Below, piece by piece: positions 20,832 to 31,860 of a stretch of DNA of 64,000 nt; positions within the stretch are counted from its first letter, which is position 1; each line of letters opens with the position of its first letter. The translations under genes and the position numbers were made by a program. Location: contig CAVZRV010000030.1 in NCBI GenBank assembly GCA_963777605.1, forward strand, positions 128,001 through 192,000. The letters are read 5' to 3'. The notes below the pieces were generated by a model, which saw only the letters and a program-made list of their open reading frames with translations, did not search any database and was not told where the DNA came from. Source of the DNA: an uncultured Acidobacteriota bacterium (GTDB lineage Bacteria > Acidobacteriota > UBA6911 > RPQK01 > JAPXNP01).

Positions 20832-22679
20832 GCGCGCCCACAGGCGCGCATTGTCAGGAGGGTGAGAGTCCCTCCAGGCCAGAGCTCTCCGGGCCTGTAA
20901 CCGAATGTTACTGCGCCGTCGTGAGACGGGGTGGGGGGCACAGGAGGTGAGTCACCGGTCCGTACGCGAGGAACTCGATTCGGCGATGTGTCTGGGCGAG
21001 CCTGCAGTGGAATGGCGAAGCCTGATCCGAAAGGACGGTTCTTCCTCTATATGGGTAGCTGTCAAAGAGAGAAGGGCGGGACATGGCGTGGTTGGAGACG
21101 GAACGGCGACAGAAGGCAATGCGACGCGAGCGTGGGGAGACCTGCCGACCCGGGAGAGGGTCGGACAGGAGTCCGAGTCCTCATAGTAGTGATGAAGGTC
21201 CTGTAATGGGACTGGAGCGAAGGGGGACAGGAAGGTGGAGACGAGACGACATGGGCAGCGAAGAGCAACCGACGGCAGTGTCTGAGACTAAACAAGTCGG
21301 AGAAGCCGGGTCCCGGTGGGACTGGGCGGAACGCAGCGTATGGACGGATCGGATGTTGAAGGCCCTGGAAACGGGAGTGAAAGGAGGAGCCTGGTTCAGC
21401 CTGATGGACAAGGTCTACGGTCGATGCAACTTGGGGGCGGCCTTTGCGAAAGTGAAGGCCAACCGGGGAGCGGCGGGAGTGGACCATGTCACGGTCGAGC
21501 AGTTCGACAAGCGCCTGGACGAGGAACTGGAACGGCTGCACGACAGCCTCAAGAACGGGACCTACCGCCGGCAGGGAATCCGTCGAAGCTATATCGACAA
21601 ACCGGGCAGCCGCGAGAAGCGGCCGCTGGGGATTCCGACGGTGCGGGATCGGGTAGTGCAGACGGCACTACGCAATGTATTGGAACCGATCTTTGAGGAA
21701 ACGTTCGCCGTGCGAAGTTTTGGTTTTAGTCGGGGCGCGGATGCAAGGATGCCTTACGGCAGGTGCAGCAGACGATCCAGAGCGGCCACTATTGGGTGGT
21801 CGATGCGGACATCCGCAGCTACTTTGACCGAATCTCCCACACCCGGCTTCGGGAGGAGATCCAGGGACAAGTGGCGGATGGACGCGTGCTGGAGTTGCTC
21901 GAGGCTTTCCTGAAACAGGAGATCTTCGAGGCGCTGCGGCACTGGACGCCGGAGGAAGGCTGTCCGCAAGGGGCGGTCATCAGTCCACTACTGGCCAACG
22001 TCTATCTCAATCCACTGGACCACCGGATGGAGCAAGCCGGTTTCGTGATGATCCGGTATGCCGATGATCTGGTGATCCTATGCCGAAGCGAGCAGGAAGC
22101 CCGCCGGGCGTGGCGACTGCTGGCGGAGTGGATGGAGGCGGTGGGGCTGGAATTGCATCCGGAGAAGACCCGAATCGTGGATCTTCACGAGGACGGGTTT
22201 GACTTCCTGGGGTACCACTTTCAAGCAGGCAGGTCCGGACTGCCGCGGCTGGTCAAGTATCCTCGGAAGAAGAGCATGCAGAAGCTTCGCGCCAATCTGA
22301 AGCCGCTGACCAAGCGGGCGAATGGGCGGAGTCTGGACGCGATCATCCGACTTGTGAATCTGCGACTGCGGGGCTGGTTTGGCTATTACAAACACAGTAA
22401 CCGCCGTACGTTTGAGCAAGTCGATATCTGGGTGCGCGGACGGCTCCGAGCCATTCTTCGCAAACGCCACGGTCTCCGCGGACGAGCGTGGGGTGCCGAC
22501 TACCAACGCTGGCCCAACGCCTATTTCCGCGAGCGCAGGCTGTTCTCCCTGACTGCAGCCTACGACTTGGCCACTTAATCCTCTTCGAGGTGAACCACCA
22601 ACTGGAGAGCCCGGTCCGGGAGAACCGGATGCTGGGTTCGGAGGGAAGGGTAGCGGACCAACCGCTATCCTACCCCTAG
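20832..22679 (+). mobile_element. Group II intron (ends approximate)
   Basis: 5' GCGCGCCC followed by GGAGGGTGAGAGTCCCTCC hairpin; domain V GAGCCCGGTCCGGGAGAACCGGATGCTGGGTTC with AGC triad; domain VI ending CCTACCCCTA; internal RT ORF. Confidence 0.85.
21251..22578 (+). pseudogene. ltrA: Group II intron reverse transcriptase/maturase, -1 nt frameshift near 21730, no endonuclease domain
   Basis: GAAGVD, RPLGIPTVRDR in frame 1; DADIRSYFD, GCPQGAVISPLLAN, RYADD, FDFLG and domain X in frame 2. Confidence 0.88.
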
Positions 22680-22739
22680 CGACAATCATTGCTTGACTAG
22701 GCAACCAGGATGCGAGGAGCATAGGGACGGTTCTTCCTC

Positions 22740-25643
22740 TTGTTTCAGCCATGCGCATTTTTGGGCAAACGATGCGGACGAGGAAAGGTGGTCCGAGGCA
22801 TGTTTTTTGTTCATCCCCTGCGATGTGGAGTCATTCTTACCCTGGTTTCCTTCTCAATGGCTTCTGAGCTGAAGGTGGGCTTTGCCGAGTTCACTCGAGA
22901 GAGTTCCGGGTCGAGTCCGGCGGCGAGTTCCTTATTCAGTCTCACAAATCCTCAGGGAATACTGATTTCGGAAGCGGGCGTCGAATCCAGCACCTTGTTG
23001 AGCCGGGGGCGAATCTTCGTGCAGCAGGATCAGCAGGTGGGCACGGGTATTGCTCTCGCAAACCCAACAGATTCTTCTCTTTCACTGAATCTGATTCTCC
23101 GCGATCTGAACGGGCAGGTGGCAGACCGAATAGATGACTTTGGGATAGGACCGCATCATCATGTTGCCCGATTTGTCAGCGAACTCTTCCCGGATGTGTC
23201 CAGCGAATTCACAGGCACCCTGACTTTGGAAGGGGTGGGACCGCTCGACAAAATAGCAGCTGTGACCCTCCGGCAGTCCACGAACGGATTCGGAGAGCCT
23301 CTTCTCACTACTCTTCCCGTCGTTGACCTGGACAGTGTGAGGGGGTCGGCCCCAGCCTCATCCAGCGAGTTCATCTTTCCCCATGTGGGCGCCGGGCCCG
23401 GCTTTTCCACTCAGCTCATTCTGATCAACCCCGGAACGGCTCGTACGGAAGGTGTCATCCACTTCAACTCTTCGAATGGAAAGAAGCTCGAACTTCAGTC
23501 AGGAGCAACGAAGGCGTCCAGTTTTCCGTTTGTGATTGCCCCTGACGGAGTCTTCTTTGGCGAGTTTGTTGCGCCTCCGGGGGGAGCGCTCGGAGTCGGT
23601 TACGCTCGAATTCAGGTGACGACCGGAGCCTTGCCGTCAGGCAGCGCCATTTTTCGATACACGGCAGGGGGGAAACCGATCTCAGAGGCCGGCGTCGGCG
23701 CACCACCTTCGATGAAGAGGGTGCGCCTCTTCGTGGATACCCGAGACACTTCTACTGGTTTTGCGATAGTCAACCCAAATACAGCTCCGCTGAACTTGAC
23801 GCTCCGGCTCCACGATGCCAATGGGAAATTGCAGTCGGAGACGAGCCGCCAACTGGCGGCCGGAAATCATCTTGCCCAGTTTGTGGGCGAGGCATTTGAA
23901 CTGGCCAGCCGGTTTGTCGGATTACTTGAGATCGAAAGCGACAGCAACTTCGTCCCGATCACCTTGAAGCTCACTCAGAACGCTCGCAGTCAGTCCATCC
24001 TGACGACGTTGCCGGTCGCCAATGTGGGGACTCCTGTTGCCGAACCACTGCTCGTCCTTCCCCAGGTCGCGACTGGAGAGAGCGTGATTGGTGAGTTCCT
24101 TACTCGCTTGGTCTTCATTGCTCCGGTTCAGGAGCAGTCGGTGAGTGGGAACCTTCAATTCTGGCAGGGGGTCGGAGAACCTCTGCAACTGTCTCTTTTT
24201 GACGGCACGATGGTCTATGCGATTGAGGACTCCGCGGTAGGGGAGATTGTCTTCAGTGATAGCCAGCTTGAGGCCAGGCTTGACAGACGTGAGAGTGTCA
24301 GCGCGGAAATCGGTTCAGAAGGGGGATCGCTCGTGCTCGAGGATTGCCTGAGCAGCCGGGTGAGCCTTGCTGTGCCGCCGTATGCGCTTCTCTCCTCGAG
24401 GGAGATCAAAATGACTTGTCTCGGATCCCGGCCTGTCGATACTCTGGGCAGCAACGTTTTTCCCGGGATATTGCTGGAGCCGAGCGGTCTGATCTTTCGG
24501 TACCCGGCAGAGCTCAGGGTCTTCCTTCCGGAACCGGTTGAGGACCCGGAGCGAAACTCCATCTTCACCCTTGGAGTCGATGGTATTCCCCGTCCGGTTT
24601 CGAACACTGCGGCGGCAGGGCAGTTCCTGGTTGGAGAGGTTCGTCATTTCAGCGAATACTGGGGAGATTCCGCTAACCTTGCCGATATCTTTAAATCGAT
24701 AGATCTGATCATTCTGGCGAAGGGGGATCCGGAGTTCCGAAAGAAATTGCTTGCGAAGTTCCGAGAGGAAATGGGGTATGAACTGAATATCGAGAAACTG
24801 GATATTGAGACGCTGGAGTTCATACGGAGTCTCGCAGAATTGGATGCATTTGCCCAATTCCGTCGCTTGACCGATATCCTGGGCGCCGACCTGGACAAGG
24901 TCCCGGATCCCCTGCGAGACTTTCTCGAAGTTCTGGTCCTCGATTTTAAGGCAAAACCCTTCCCGAAAAATCATTGCGGATACTTCCACTCTTTTGCGCT
25001 TGAGCTGAGAGATGTAGCCAAAATTGTCCTGGACTACGATCCTGATTTGGATGCCAAAATTGATCAACTGGATACTCTTTGCGTGCCTCCCGATCTGACC
25101 GGCTGGTGGAGAGCGGAATCTCGAGAACAGTCTGAATTCTGCGAGCGAATCATTACGCCGGTCACCCCATGTAACTGCGGCCCGGACGGATACGATCGGT
25201 TCACAGAATACGACTTCACCAAGCCCTATCGATTCTTCATCAATCAGGTCGGCTCCTATTTCACGATCAGCTTACCCGAGGAGCCGGGAACTCCGTTCTT
25301 CGTCGGAACCCTACAGGCGACCGGGAACATCCTTGCACCGTTTCATCTTCGGCTCGCCGTCCCCCCCGAAAATTCTCTGGAATGTAAGACCTTCTTCGAA
25401 ACGAAGGGTTCCTTCGAATTTGGAGATTCAATCTGCGTGCCGGACTACTACAACGAGTGCGAGCCGGTTTCCTGCTACGACCAGGAAACGTTGTGGGCCA
25501 CGGTCACGGGAGAGGGTCGAATTGAGGGTGTGTCCAGCTGGCTTATCGGAGCCAGGGTTATCGAATGGCTTGATGGCTGCTGCGACTATCTCACCAACAT
25601 TTCCTGCAGCGGCTCGGGCCCGTTTGTAGCCGTTCCGGATTAG
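22740..25643 (+). CDS. Large secreted/surface protein: FPQ-type beta repeats, ZU5-like domain, Cys-rich C-terminus (start probably 22800)
   Basis: Repeats TGIALANP/TGFAIVNP, HVARFVSELF/HLAQFVGEAF, LTTLPV; IGSEGGSL...LEPSGLIF...VRHFS. Confidence 0.7.
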   Translation: MFQPCAFLGKRCGRGKVVRGMFFVHPLRCGVILTLVSFSMASELKVGFAEFTRESSGSSPAASSLFSLTNPQGILISEAGVESSTLLSRGRIFVQQDQQVGTGIALANPTDSSLSLNLILRDLNGQVADRIDDFGIGPHHHVARFVSELFPDVSSEFTGTLTLEGVGPLDKIAAVTLRQSTNGFGEPLLTTLPVVDLDSVRGSAPASSSEFIFPHVGAGPGFSTQLILINPGTARTEGVIHFNSSNGKKLELQSGATKASSFPFVIAPDGVFFGEFVAPPGGALGVGYARIQVTTGALPSGSAIFRYTAGGKPISEAGVGAPPSMKRVRLFVDTRDTSTGFAIVNPNTAPLNLTLRLHDANGKLQSETSRQLAAGNHLAQFVGEAFELASRFVGLLEIESDSNFVPITLKLTQNARSQSILTTLPVANVGTPVAEPLLVLPQVATGESVIGEFLTRLVFIAPVQEQSVSGNLQFWQGVGEPLQLSLFDGTMVYAIEDSAVGEIVFSDSQLEARLDRRESVSAEIGSEGGSLVLEDCLSSRVSLAVPPYALLSSREIKMTCLGSRPVDTLGSNVFPGILLEPSGLIFRYPAELRVFLPEPVEDPERNSIFTLGVDGIPRPVSNTAAAGQFLVGEVRHFSEYWGDSANLADIFKSIDLIILAKGDPEFRKKLLAKFREEMGYELNIEKLDIETLEFIRSLAELDAFAQFRRLTDILGADLDKVPDPLRDFLEVLVLDFKAKPFPKNHCGYFHSFALELRDVAKIVLDYDPDLDAKIDQLDTLCVPPDLTGWWRAESREQSEFCERIITPVTPCNCGPDGYDRFTEYDFTKPYRFFINQVGSYFTISLPEEPGTPFFVGTLQATGNILAPFHLRLAVPPENSLECKTFFETKGSFEFGDSICVPDYYNECEPVSCYDQETLWATVTGEGRIEGVSSWLIGARVIEWLDGCCDYLTNISCSGSGPFVAVPD

Positions 25644-26337
25644 AGCGACCGGGAATCCATCCGATGTGAAATCTCTAGTTCGTGAGGGATGCCATGCCCC
25701 TGCCGGCCCCGGCTCTGCCGGTACACACTCCGGCTCTGAAAATCGATGTGATCCATGGGCCAGGAGGGTAGCCCCAAGTATTCCGAGTTGGAACCAGATT
25801 TCCGGTGGTTTGCGGGAGCTAGACCAATTTCGGAAATCTCTCGCTACCAGCGTGGCATAGAAGCACTGCCGTGCTTTCCGCTGTCCCAGGAATAGGCGAG
25901 TCTGACTACCACCAGGGATTGGAATCAGTTAAGTGGGGACCTATTGAGTGCCGTCTGCCCCCCGGTCAGTGCATTCCTTCATCGTTGCATCTTCAACCCT
26001 ACTCCACTTTAAATCTCCTGTTATGGAGTAGATGAACGCTTAGAACCTTGGAGCCCACTTGCGTCACTCACCCTGTGTGTTCGTCTTCAGCGAAAGTGGG
26101 ACAGTCGGGTCTCCGAATTAAGGGAGAGTGAACGTCTCAGCTGGTTCGACTGACTGTGTATTGACGCTTTTCCCACACAAGCATGTTTCCTAACCGGACC
26201 GGAGGGTGACTTTGGTTGGTTCCATTGAGTTGGAGTTGGATTGGCACGGGCACAATCACGGGCACAACCCCCCTTTTTGAGCGATTCTCAGCGAGCGGCC
26301 AAACAGCCGGAAACTCCCGTCAGGCGCGGGTTTGGGG

Positions 26338-26382
26338 TGCCGCGCTCGGCGCGATTCGAACGCGCGGCCTACGGATTAGAAG
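26338..26382 (-). pseudogene. 3' half of tRNA-Arg(TCT), att-core relic
   Basis: Minus strand CTTCTAA-TCCGT-AGGCC-GCGCG TTCGAAT CGCGC-CGAGCGC-G-GCA: anticodon loop, perfect T arm, acceptor 3' strand; no D arm or 5' strand. Confidence 0.75.
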
Positions 26383-26529
26383 ACAGGAACTCTCGTGTTT
26401 CACAACCTCCTCATTTTCAACAAGTTATTGAAATCAAGCGAGTTTCCGTTTTGTCGACTTTGGCTCATTTTCCACGTTATGGCACGTTTTGGAAGGGTTT
26501 TCTCACACAGATTCTCACACGGGAAATGA

Positions 26530-27085
26530 GCAGGGGTTGCTTCTGTCCGCACCTTTGGCCAAGCGCTGCTCCACTGGGCTCGACTCTTGAAGAAGTTCCA
26601 CGAGGTCGATCCCTTGACCTGTCCTCGGTGCGGGAATCAGATGCAGATCATTGCCTTCATTGAAGAGTGGAGCGTCATCCGCAAGATCCTTCAGCACCTG
26701 AATCTGTCGGAGTACTCGCCGCGCTCTCCACCGCCGCCCCGCCTATTGCCGCACAAACTGGAGGCTTTCCTGGCCACCCTCTTTCCCCGCCAGGCACAAC
26801 AGGTGCTGCGAGCCTCCACCGACTATGTCTTTTGGGACGATGTTCCCGTCTACCCCGGCTGAAGAGCCACGGCTCTTCAGTTGCTGCCAATCTTGTTGCG
26901 CCTGCTATCCGCTCCCAGTTCGGGCTGATGTGCTGACTCATCTCATTCCAAGCCCCCTGAAAACGACAGCTGCAATTCCCTGCAGCCAATCTCTACCCAT
27001 ACCTGCTACCCAACCGCTCATCTCAGCGCTTTACGCGCCATTTCCGCTGAGATACACTCATCCCCGTAGAAAGCAAATTCCTATC
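26530..27085 (+). mobile_element. IS91-like transposase C-terminal relic plus element end
   Basis: WARLLKKFHEVDPLTCPRCGNQMQIIAFI...VIRKILQHL...PRSPPPP; terminal GTAGAAAGCAAATTCCTATC, also present inverted at 32139. Confidence 0.7.
27030..27058 (+). promoter_or_regulatory. Putative sigma70-type promoter in the IS end, facing the esterase
   Basis: TTTACG-17 nt-TACACT; same geometry in the second copy. Confidence 0.5.
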
Positions 27086-27213
27086 GGCCTACACGATCGA
27101 ACGCGAGATCGGGAGCGGCGGGACGGCCACGGTCAGTGTCGAAGGGTATCTCACCACCTCCACCACAGAGACGGCTGCGTAAACGACATCTCGAAAGCGC
27201 GGGGGGCACCGAC

Positions 27214-29193
27214 ATGAAGACCATGAGGCAGAATCCGGGAACCGTATCCATCCTCGTCCTGGTCGTGATCACGTCTGCAGCCTGGCGCGACTACCGGGTG
27301 GAGTATGAGGCCTCCGTGGACGGAATCTTCGTGCTCCAGCGGCTGGAAATGGCGCAGTTGGCAAGTCAGGACCCGGTGAACGCACCCACCGTCTTGGACC
27401 AGTGGGCACGTGAGGTGGAGAGTGCGGACTCACCCCTTCGCCTTATCTCTACCGCCTTGGAAGCAGCAGACATTCCGGTACCCGAGGTCGTTTCACTTGG
27501 AGAGGATCTGAGCGCCGTGGAACTTCTGGATTCTGTCGCCCTGGGGGCTCACACGGTCCTTGAGGCGGAAGCGCTCGGAGCACTGGGCGAGAACGAACGA
27601 GCCCTCCTTCCGTTTATGGTGCGGTACCTCATGACCACGGGCGGGACCTATCACTCCAGTTCGCTGGAGGCTCCATCGTACAACTGGGGACTGGAGGCCG
27701 GGCTTGCTCCGACGAAGCTGGCATGCCAAGAGCTCGTGAGCCTCACCGGGTACGACTATTCGATCAACTCGGCAAGGCTCGTGAGCGCAACGGATGATCT
27801 GCCGGAGTATTGTGAAGTAGAGGGGCAGATCCTACCGGAGGTCGCGTTCAAGCTGAGGCTCCCGACCCGATGGAACCAGCGCTTCCTGATGCTGGGAAAC
27901 GGGGGCTTCGCCGGCGGGATCAGCGGGAATCTCAACCTGGTCCGGGAGTTCCTCGCGGTGGCCGGAACCAACACCGGTCACATCTCGCCGCCGCAGCTCG
28001 AACAGGCAGCAAGCTTCGCCCAGGATCGCCAGAAGCTGATCGACTTCGGCTACCGGGCGGTTCACGTAACGTCGCTGACAGCCAAGGAGATCATCGGCCT
28101 CTACTACGATCTCCCCTTGGAGTATTCTTACTTCTCGGGAAGCTCGACCGGCGGGCGGCAGGGTCTGATGTCCGCGCAGCGCTTCCCCGACGACTTCGAC
28201 GGCATCCTCGTGGGCGCACCGGTGGTGGACCATGTCGGCATGGTCATCTCGCATGCCTGGATCGCGAAGGCGCTGAGGAACGCTCCGAAAGACCTTCGCT
28301 TGCTTGCCGAGCGGGTCTATGAGAAATGCGACAGCGTGGACGGACTCATGGACGGCCTTATCGACGATCCACGCCGCTGCGCATTCGATCCGTCCGACGA
28401 TCTGCCGGCCTGCGGTGCCAGAGCGGACAGGTCCGAGTGTTACACGGAAAGCGAAATCCGGGCGCTCGCGGCGGTCTATGAAGACGTGGTCGTGGATGGG
28501 GAGCGGTTGTTTCCGGCATTTCCCGTTGGATCGGAAGCCTTCGTCGACTTCTCCGGCGTGGGAGTGACCACCGGTCCGGGCTGGTACTTATGGAGGGTGG
28601 GAGTGGAGAAGCCCCTCTTCGAAGCATTCACGGAGACCTTCCTCCGGTACATGGCCTTCGAGCGAGCCGATCCAGACTTCGACATGTTCACGTTCGATTT
28701 CCAGGAGGATCCGGCACGGATGGAGTGGGTCCGCCCCATCCTCGATGCAACCGATCCCGATCTGCGTCGATTCAGGGATAGGGGCGGAAAGATGCTCATG
28801 TACTTCGGGTGGGCCGACCCGGCCGCCAATCCCCTGATGGGCATCGAGTACTACGAGCGCGTATTGGAGAAGATGGGTCCCTCGGTGCCGGAGTTCTTCA
28901 GGTTGTTCATGGTGCCGGGCATGTTCCACGGGGACGTTGGAGTTGGAGTTGACAGGGTCTCGTGGATTCCGGAGCTCATGGATTGGGTGGAAGAGGGAGA
29001 AGCCCCGGACCGGATCGTCGGGACCCGCAGTGGACAAACCCCGAGGGTGGGCGATGACCCGATCGGACGCACCCGCCCGCTCTGCCCGTACCCTCAGATT
29101 GCCAGATACAAGGGCGAGGGGAGCATCGACGACGCGGCGAACTTCGAGTGCACAGACCCCACATCGCCCGTCGGCTCCACCGGTCACAACTGA
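27214..29193 (+). CDS. Tannase/feruloyl esterase family alpha/beta hydrolase with ~170-aa N-terminal extension
   Basis: LPTRWNQRF, GNGGFAG, DFGYRAVH, GSSTGGRQG, FDGILVGAP, GWADP, VPGMFH, TRPLCPYP. Confidence 0.88.
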   Translation: MKTMRQNPGTVSILVLVVITSAAWRDYRVEYEASVDGIFVLQRLEMAQLASQDPVNAPTVLDQWAREVESADSPLRLISTALEAADIPVPEVVSLGEDLSAVELLDSVALGAHTVLEAEALGALGENERALLPFMVRYLMTTGGTYHSSSLEAPSYNWGLEAGLAPTKLACQELVSLTGYDYSINSARLVSATDDLPEYCEVEGQILPEVAFKLRLPTRWNQRFLMLGNGGFAGGISGNLNLVREFLAVAGTNTGHISPPQLEQAASFAQDRQKLIDFGYRAVHVTSLTAKEIIGLYYDLPLEYSYFSGSSTGGRQGLMSAQRFPDDFDGILVGAPVVDHVGMVISHAWIAKALRNAPKDLRLLAERVYEKCDSVDGLMDGLIDDPRRCAFDPSDDLPACGARADRSECYTESEIRALAAVYEDVVVDGERLFPAFPVGSEAFVDFSGVGVTTGPGWYLWRVGVEKPLFEAFTETFLRYMAFERADPDFDMFTFDFQEDPARMEWVRPILDATDPDLRRFRDRGGKMLMYFGWADPAANPLMGIEYYERVLEKMGPSVPEFFRLFMVPGMFHGDVGVGVDRVSWIPELMDWVEEGEAPDRIVGTRSGQTPRVGDDPIGRTRPLCPYPQIARYKGEGSIDDAANFECTDPTSPVGSTGHN

Positions 29194-29213
29194 AGACGAA
29201 ATGAGCCTTGGAC

Positions 29214-29597
29214 GGCGCTGTCAAGTTAGTGGTGGCCAAGAGAATTGAAGACAGAAGACGCCCAGGCTAAGTGCTGCTCAGCAGGCGCAGGTCACCTCTC
29301 TCCAATGGGAGAAAGCCCTGTCGCGGAGTCGTCTGCTAAGCTTGTCGGTGGTCAGTTTCCACGGCGGTTCCCCTTGTCCTTTCAACACCTTACGGAAGAA
29401 CCGCTTAGCTGCTTTCGTGTTTCGCCTCCTGGTTACCAGGATGTCGAGAACATCGCCATCCTGATCGACTGCTCTCCAAAGATAGAACTGTAGGCCCTGA
29501 ATCTTCATAACCAATGATCTCAGCAGGAAAACGATGACCTTTGAAGAGCGAGTTCATTCCTGTATCTTCTCAACGAGCCCATCAACTTGACAGTGCC
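29214..29597 (-). mobile_element. Internally deleted IS6-family element
   Basis: IRs GGCGCTGTCAAGTT (29214) and AACTTGACAGTGCC (to 29597); fragment YLWRAVDQDGDVLDILVTRRRNTKAAKRFFRK...TDK. Confidence 0.8.
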
Positions 29598-29621
29598 GTT
29601 GTGAGGGCTCCTGGATGTCGT

Positions 29622-31835
29622 TCAGAAACGGTCGAGGTTCATTACCTTGCCCCAAGCGGTGACGAAGTCGTTCACGAACAATTCGGTCGCATCATCGGAG
29701 GCATAAGCCTCGGAAACCGCTCGAAGTTCAGAGTTCGATCCGAAGACGAGATCAACCGGGGTGGCAGTCCACTTCAGCTTGCCGGTCGCCCGGTCGTAAC
29801 CCTCGTAAAGCCCCTCGGATTTTGCAGACTTCTGCCACTTGGTCGACATGTCGAGCAAGTTGACGAAGAAGTCGTTGCTTAGCGTGCCGGGACGGTTGGT
29901 GAATACACCATTTACCGAGTGCCCGCTGTTTGCATCGAGTGCGCGCATACCACCAACCAGCACCGTCATCTCCGGAACCGTCAGTTCCAACATATTGGCC
30001 TTATCGACCAGCATTTGCGCCGGAGGAAGGTGGCTGTCTGCGCCGTAATAGTTGCGGAAGCCGTCGGCGTGGGGGCGCAGGTGCTCGTAAGATGCGACAT
30101 CGGTCTGCGACTGCGTGGCATCGACCCGGCCCGGGGTAAATGGCACGCTCACGCTATGGCCAGCCTTCTTCGCCGCCTGTTCGATGGCTGCGTTGCCGCC
30201 GAGCACGATGAGATCCGCGATCGACACTTGCTTGTTGCCGGTGGCCGAGCTGTTGAATTTCTTCTGGATACCTTCCAGTCTGCCAAGCACCCTGGTCAAT
30301 TCGGCCGGGTCATTGACGGCCCAACTCATGGCAGGCTCCAACCGGACGCGGGCACCATTGGCGCCGCCTCGCATGTCGGTCCCCCGAAAGGTCGATGCGG
30401 AGGCCCACGCAGCCTTGACCAATTCGGGGGCGGTAAGGCCCGTCGCCAGTATCTGCGCCTTGAGCTGGCTCACATCGGATGCGTCGATCGTCGCGTAATC
30501 CGCCTTGGGAAGCGGGTCCTGCCATGAGAAGGATTCCTTCGGTACGTCGTTGCCGAGGTAGCGGGCGATTGGCCCCATATCGCGATGGGTCAACTTGAAC
30601 CAGGCACGCGCAAAAGCGGCGGCAAACTCATCAGGATTGTCGTGGAAGCGCTTGGAAATCACCCGGAAGCCGGGATCTTCTTTCAGTGCGATATCTGTGG
30701 TGAACATTATCGGCGCGTGTCGCTTGCCCTGGACATGAGCGTCGGGGACCAAATTTGCGGCATTGGGGTCAGTGGGAATCCATTGCGTCGCGCCGGCCGG
30801 GCTCTTCGTCTTGACCCATTCGAAACGGAACAGATTGTCAAAATAATCCGTTGTAAAGGCTATCGGGTTGGCTGACCATGCGCCCTCAAGACCGCTGGAG
30901 ACGGTGTCCTCGGCATTGCCCTTGCCGCACTTGTTTTCCCAGCCAAGTCCCTGCTTCTCCACGCCCGCGCTCGCGGGATCAGCCCCGACACATTCGTCAG
31001 GCTTGTGGGCTCCGTGCGCTTTGCCAAATGTGTGCCCGCCGGCAATCAATGCGATAGTCTCTTCATCGTTCATCGCCATGTTGCCGAAAGCGATGCGAAT
31101 GGCTTTCGCGGCCGCGAGCGGATCGGGATTGCCGCCTGGTCCCTCCGGGTTGACGTAGATCAGGCCCATCTGGGTCGCAGCGAGTGGACCTATGAGATTC
31201 CCATCCTTGTCGAAACGGTCGGCAGCGAGAAACTTCGTTTCCGGACCCCAGAACACCAGGTCCGGCTGCCAGGTATCGACCCGACCACCGGCAAAACCAA
31301 TGGTCTTGAAGCCCATGTTTTCCAGCGCGACATTGCCCGTAAGAACCATCAGGTCGCCCCAGGAAAGCTTGCGGCCGTATTTCTGCTTTATCGGCCAGAC
31401 CAGGCGGCGCGCCTTGTCGAGACTGATATTGTCAGGCCATGAGTTGAGCGGTTCGAAACGCTGTTCGCCGCCCCCAGCGCCGCCGCGCCCGTCACCGACG
31501 CGGTAAGTTCCTGCACCATGCCAGGCCATGCGGATGAAAAACGGGCCGTAATTACCATAGTCGGCCGGCCACCACGGCTGGGAGGTAGTCAGAACTTTGT
31601 CGATGTCTTTCTTGACAGCGTCGAGGTCAAGCGTGGCAAACTCGGTCGCATAGTCGAAGTTGTCACCATAGGGATTGTCCCCCGCGTCGTTCTGGCGCAG
31701 CGCGCTCAGGTCCAGCCGGTTCGGCCACCAGTCCTGGTTGGACATAACCTTTTCTTCGGCCTGGGCAGGACTTGCCAGCATGACAGGAGCCATTGCTGCG
31801 AAAATGGCTATGAATGATACTGAAACTTTGTCCAT
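29622..31835 (-). CDS. katG: Catalase-peroxidase with N-terminal signal peptide
   Basis: [57 protein letters not shown]. Confidence 0.97.
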   Translation of the reverse strand: MDKVSVSFIAIFAAMAPVMLASPAQAEEKVMSNQDWWPNRLDLSALRQNDAGDNPYGDNFDYATEFATLDLDAVKKDIDKVLTTSQPWWPADYGNYGPFFIRMAWHGAGTYRVGDGRGGAGGGEQRFEPLNSWPDNISLDKARRLVWPIKQKYGRKLSWGDLMVLTGNVALENMGFKTIGFAGGRVDTWQPDLVFWGPETKFLAADRFDKDGNLIGPLAATQMGLIYVNPEGPGGNPDPLAAAKAIRIAFGNMAMNDEETIALIAGGHTFGKAHGAHKPDECVGADPASAGVEKQGLGWENKCGKGNAEDTVSSGLEGAWSANPIAFTTDYFDNLFRFEWVKTKSPAGATQWIPTDPNAANLVPDAHVQGKRHAPIMFTTDIALKEDPGFRVISKRFHDNPDEFAAAFARAWFKLTHRDMGPIARYLGNDVPKESFSWQDPLPKADYATIDASDVSQLKAQILATGLTAPELVKAAWASASTFRGTDMRGGANGARVRLEPAMSWAVNDPAELTRVLGRLEGIQKKFNSSATGNKQVSIADLIVLGGNAAIEQAAKKAGHSVSVPFTPGRVDATQSQTDVASYEHLRPHADGFRNYYGADSHLPPAQMLVDKANMLELTVPEMTVLVGGMRALDANSGHSVNGVFTNRPGTLSNDFFVNLLDMSTKWQKSAKSEGLYEGYDRATGKLKWTATPVDLVFGSNSELRAVSEAYASDDATELFVNDFVTAWGKVMNLDRF

Positions 31836-31860
31836 TTCTTCCTCCTAAGGTGAACCTAAG

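Noticed and set aside
21251-22578. Retron, DGR or defence-associated RT
   Set aside because: Domain X and flanking intron domains V/VI identify it as a group II intron protein.
26338-26382. Functional tRNA-Arg gene
   Set aside because: The 5' acceptor strand and D arm are absent.
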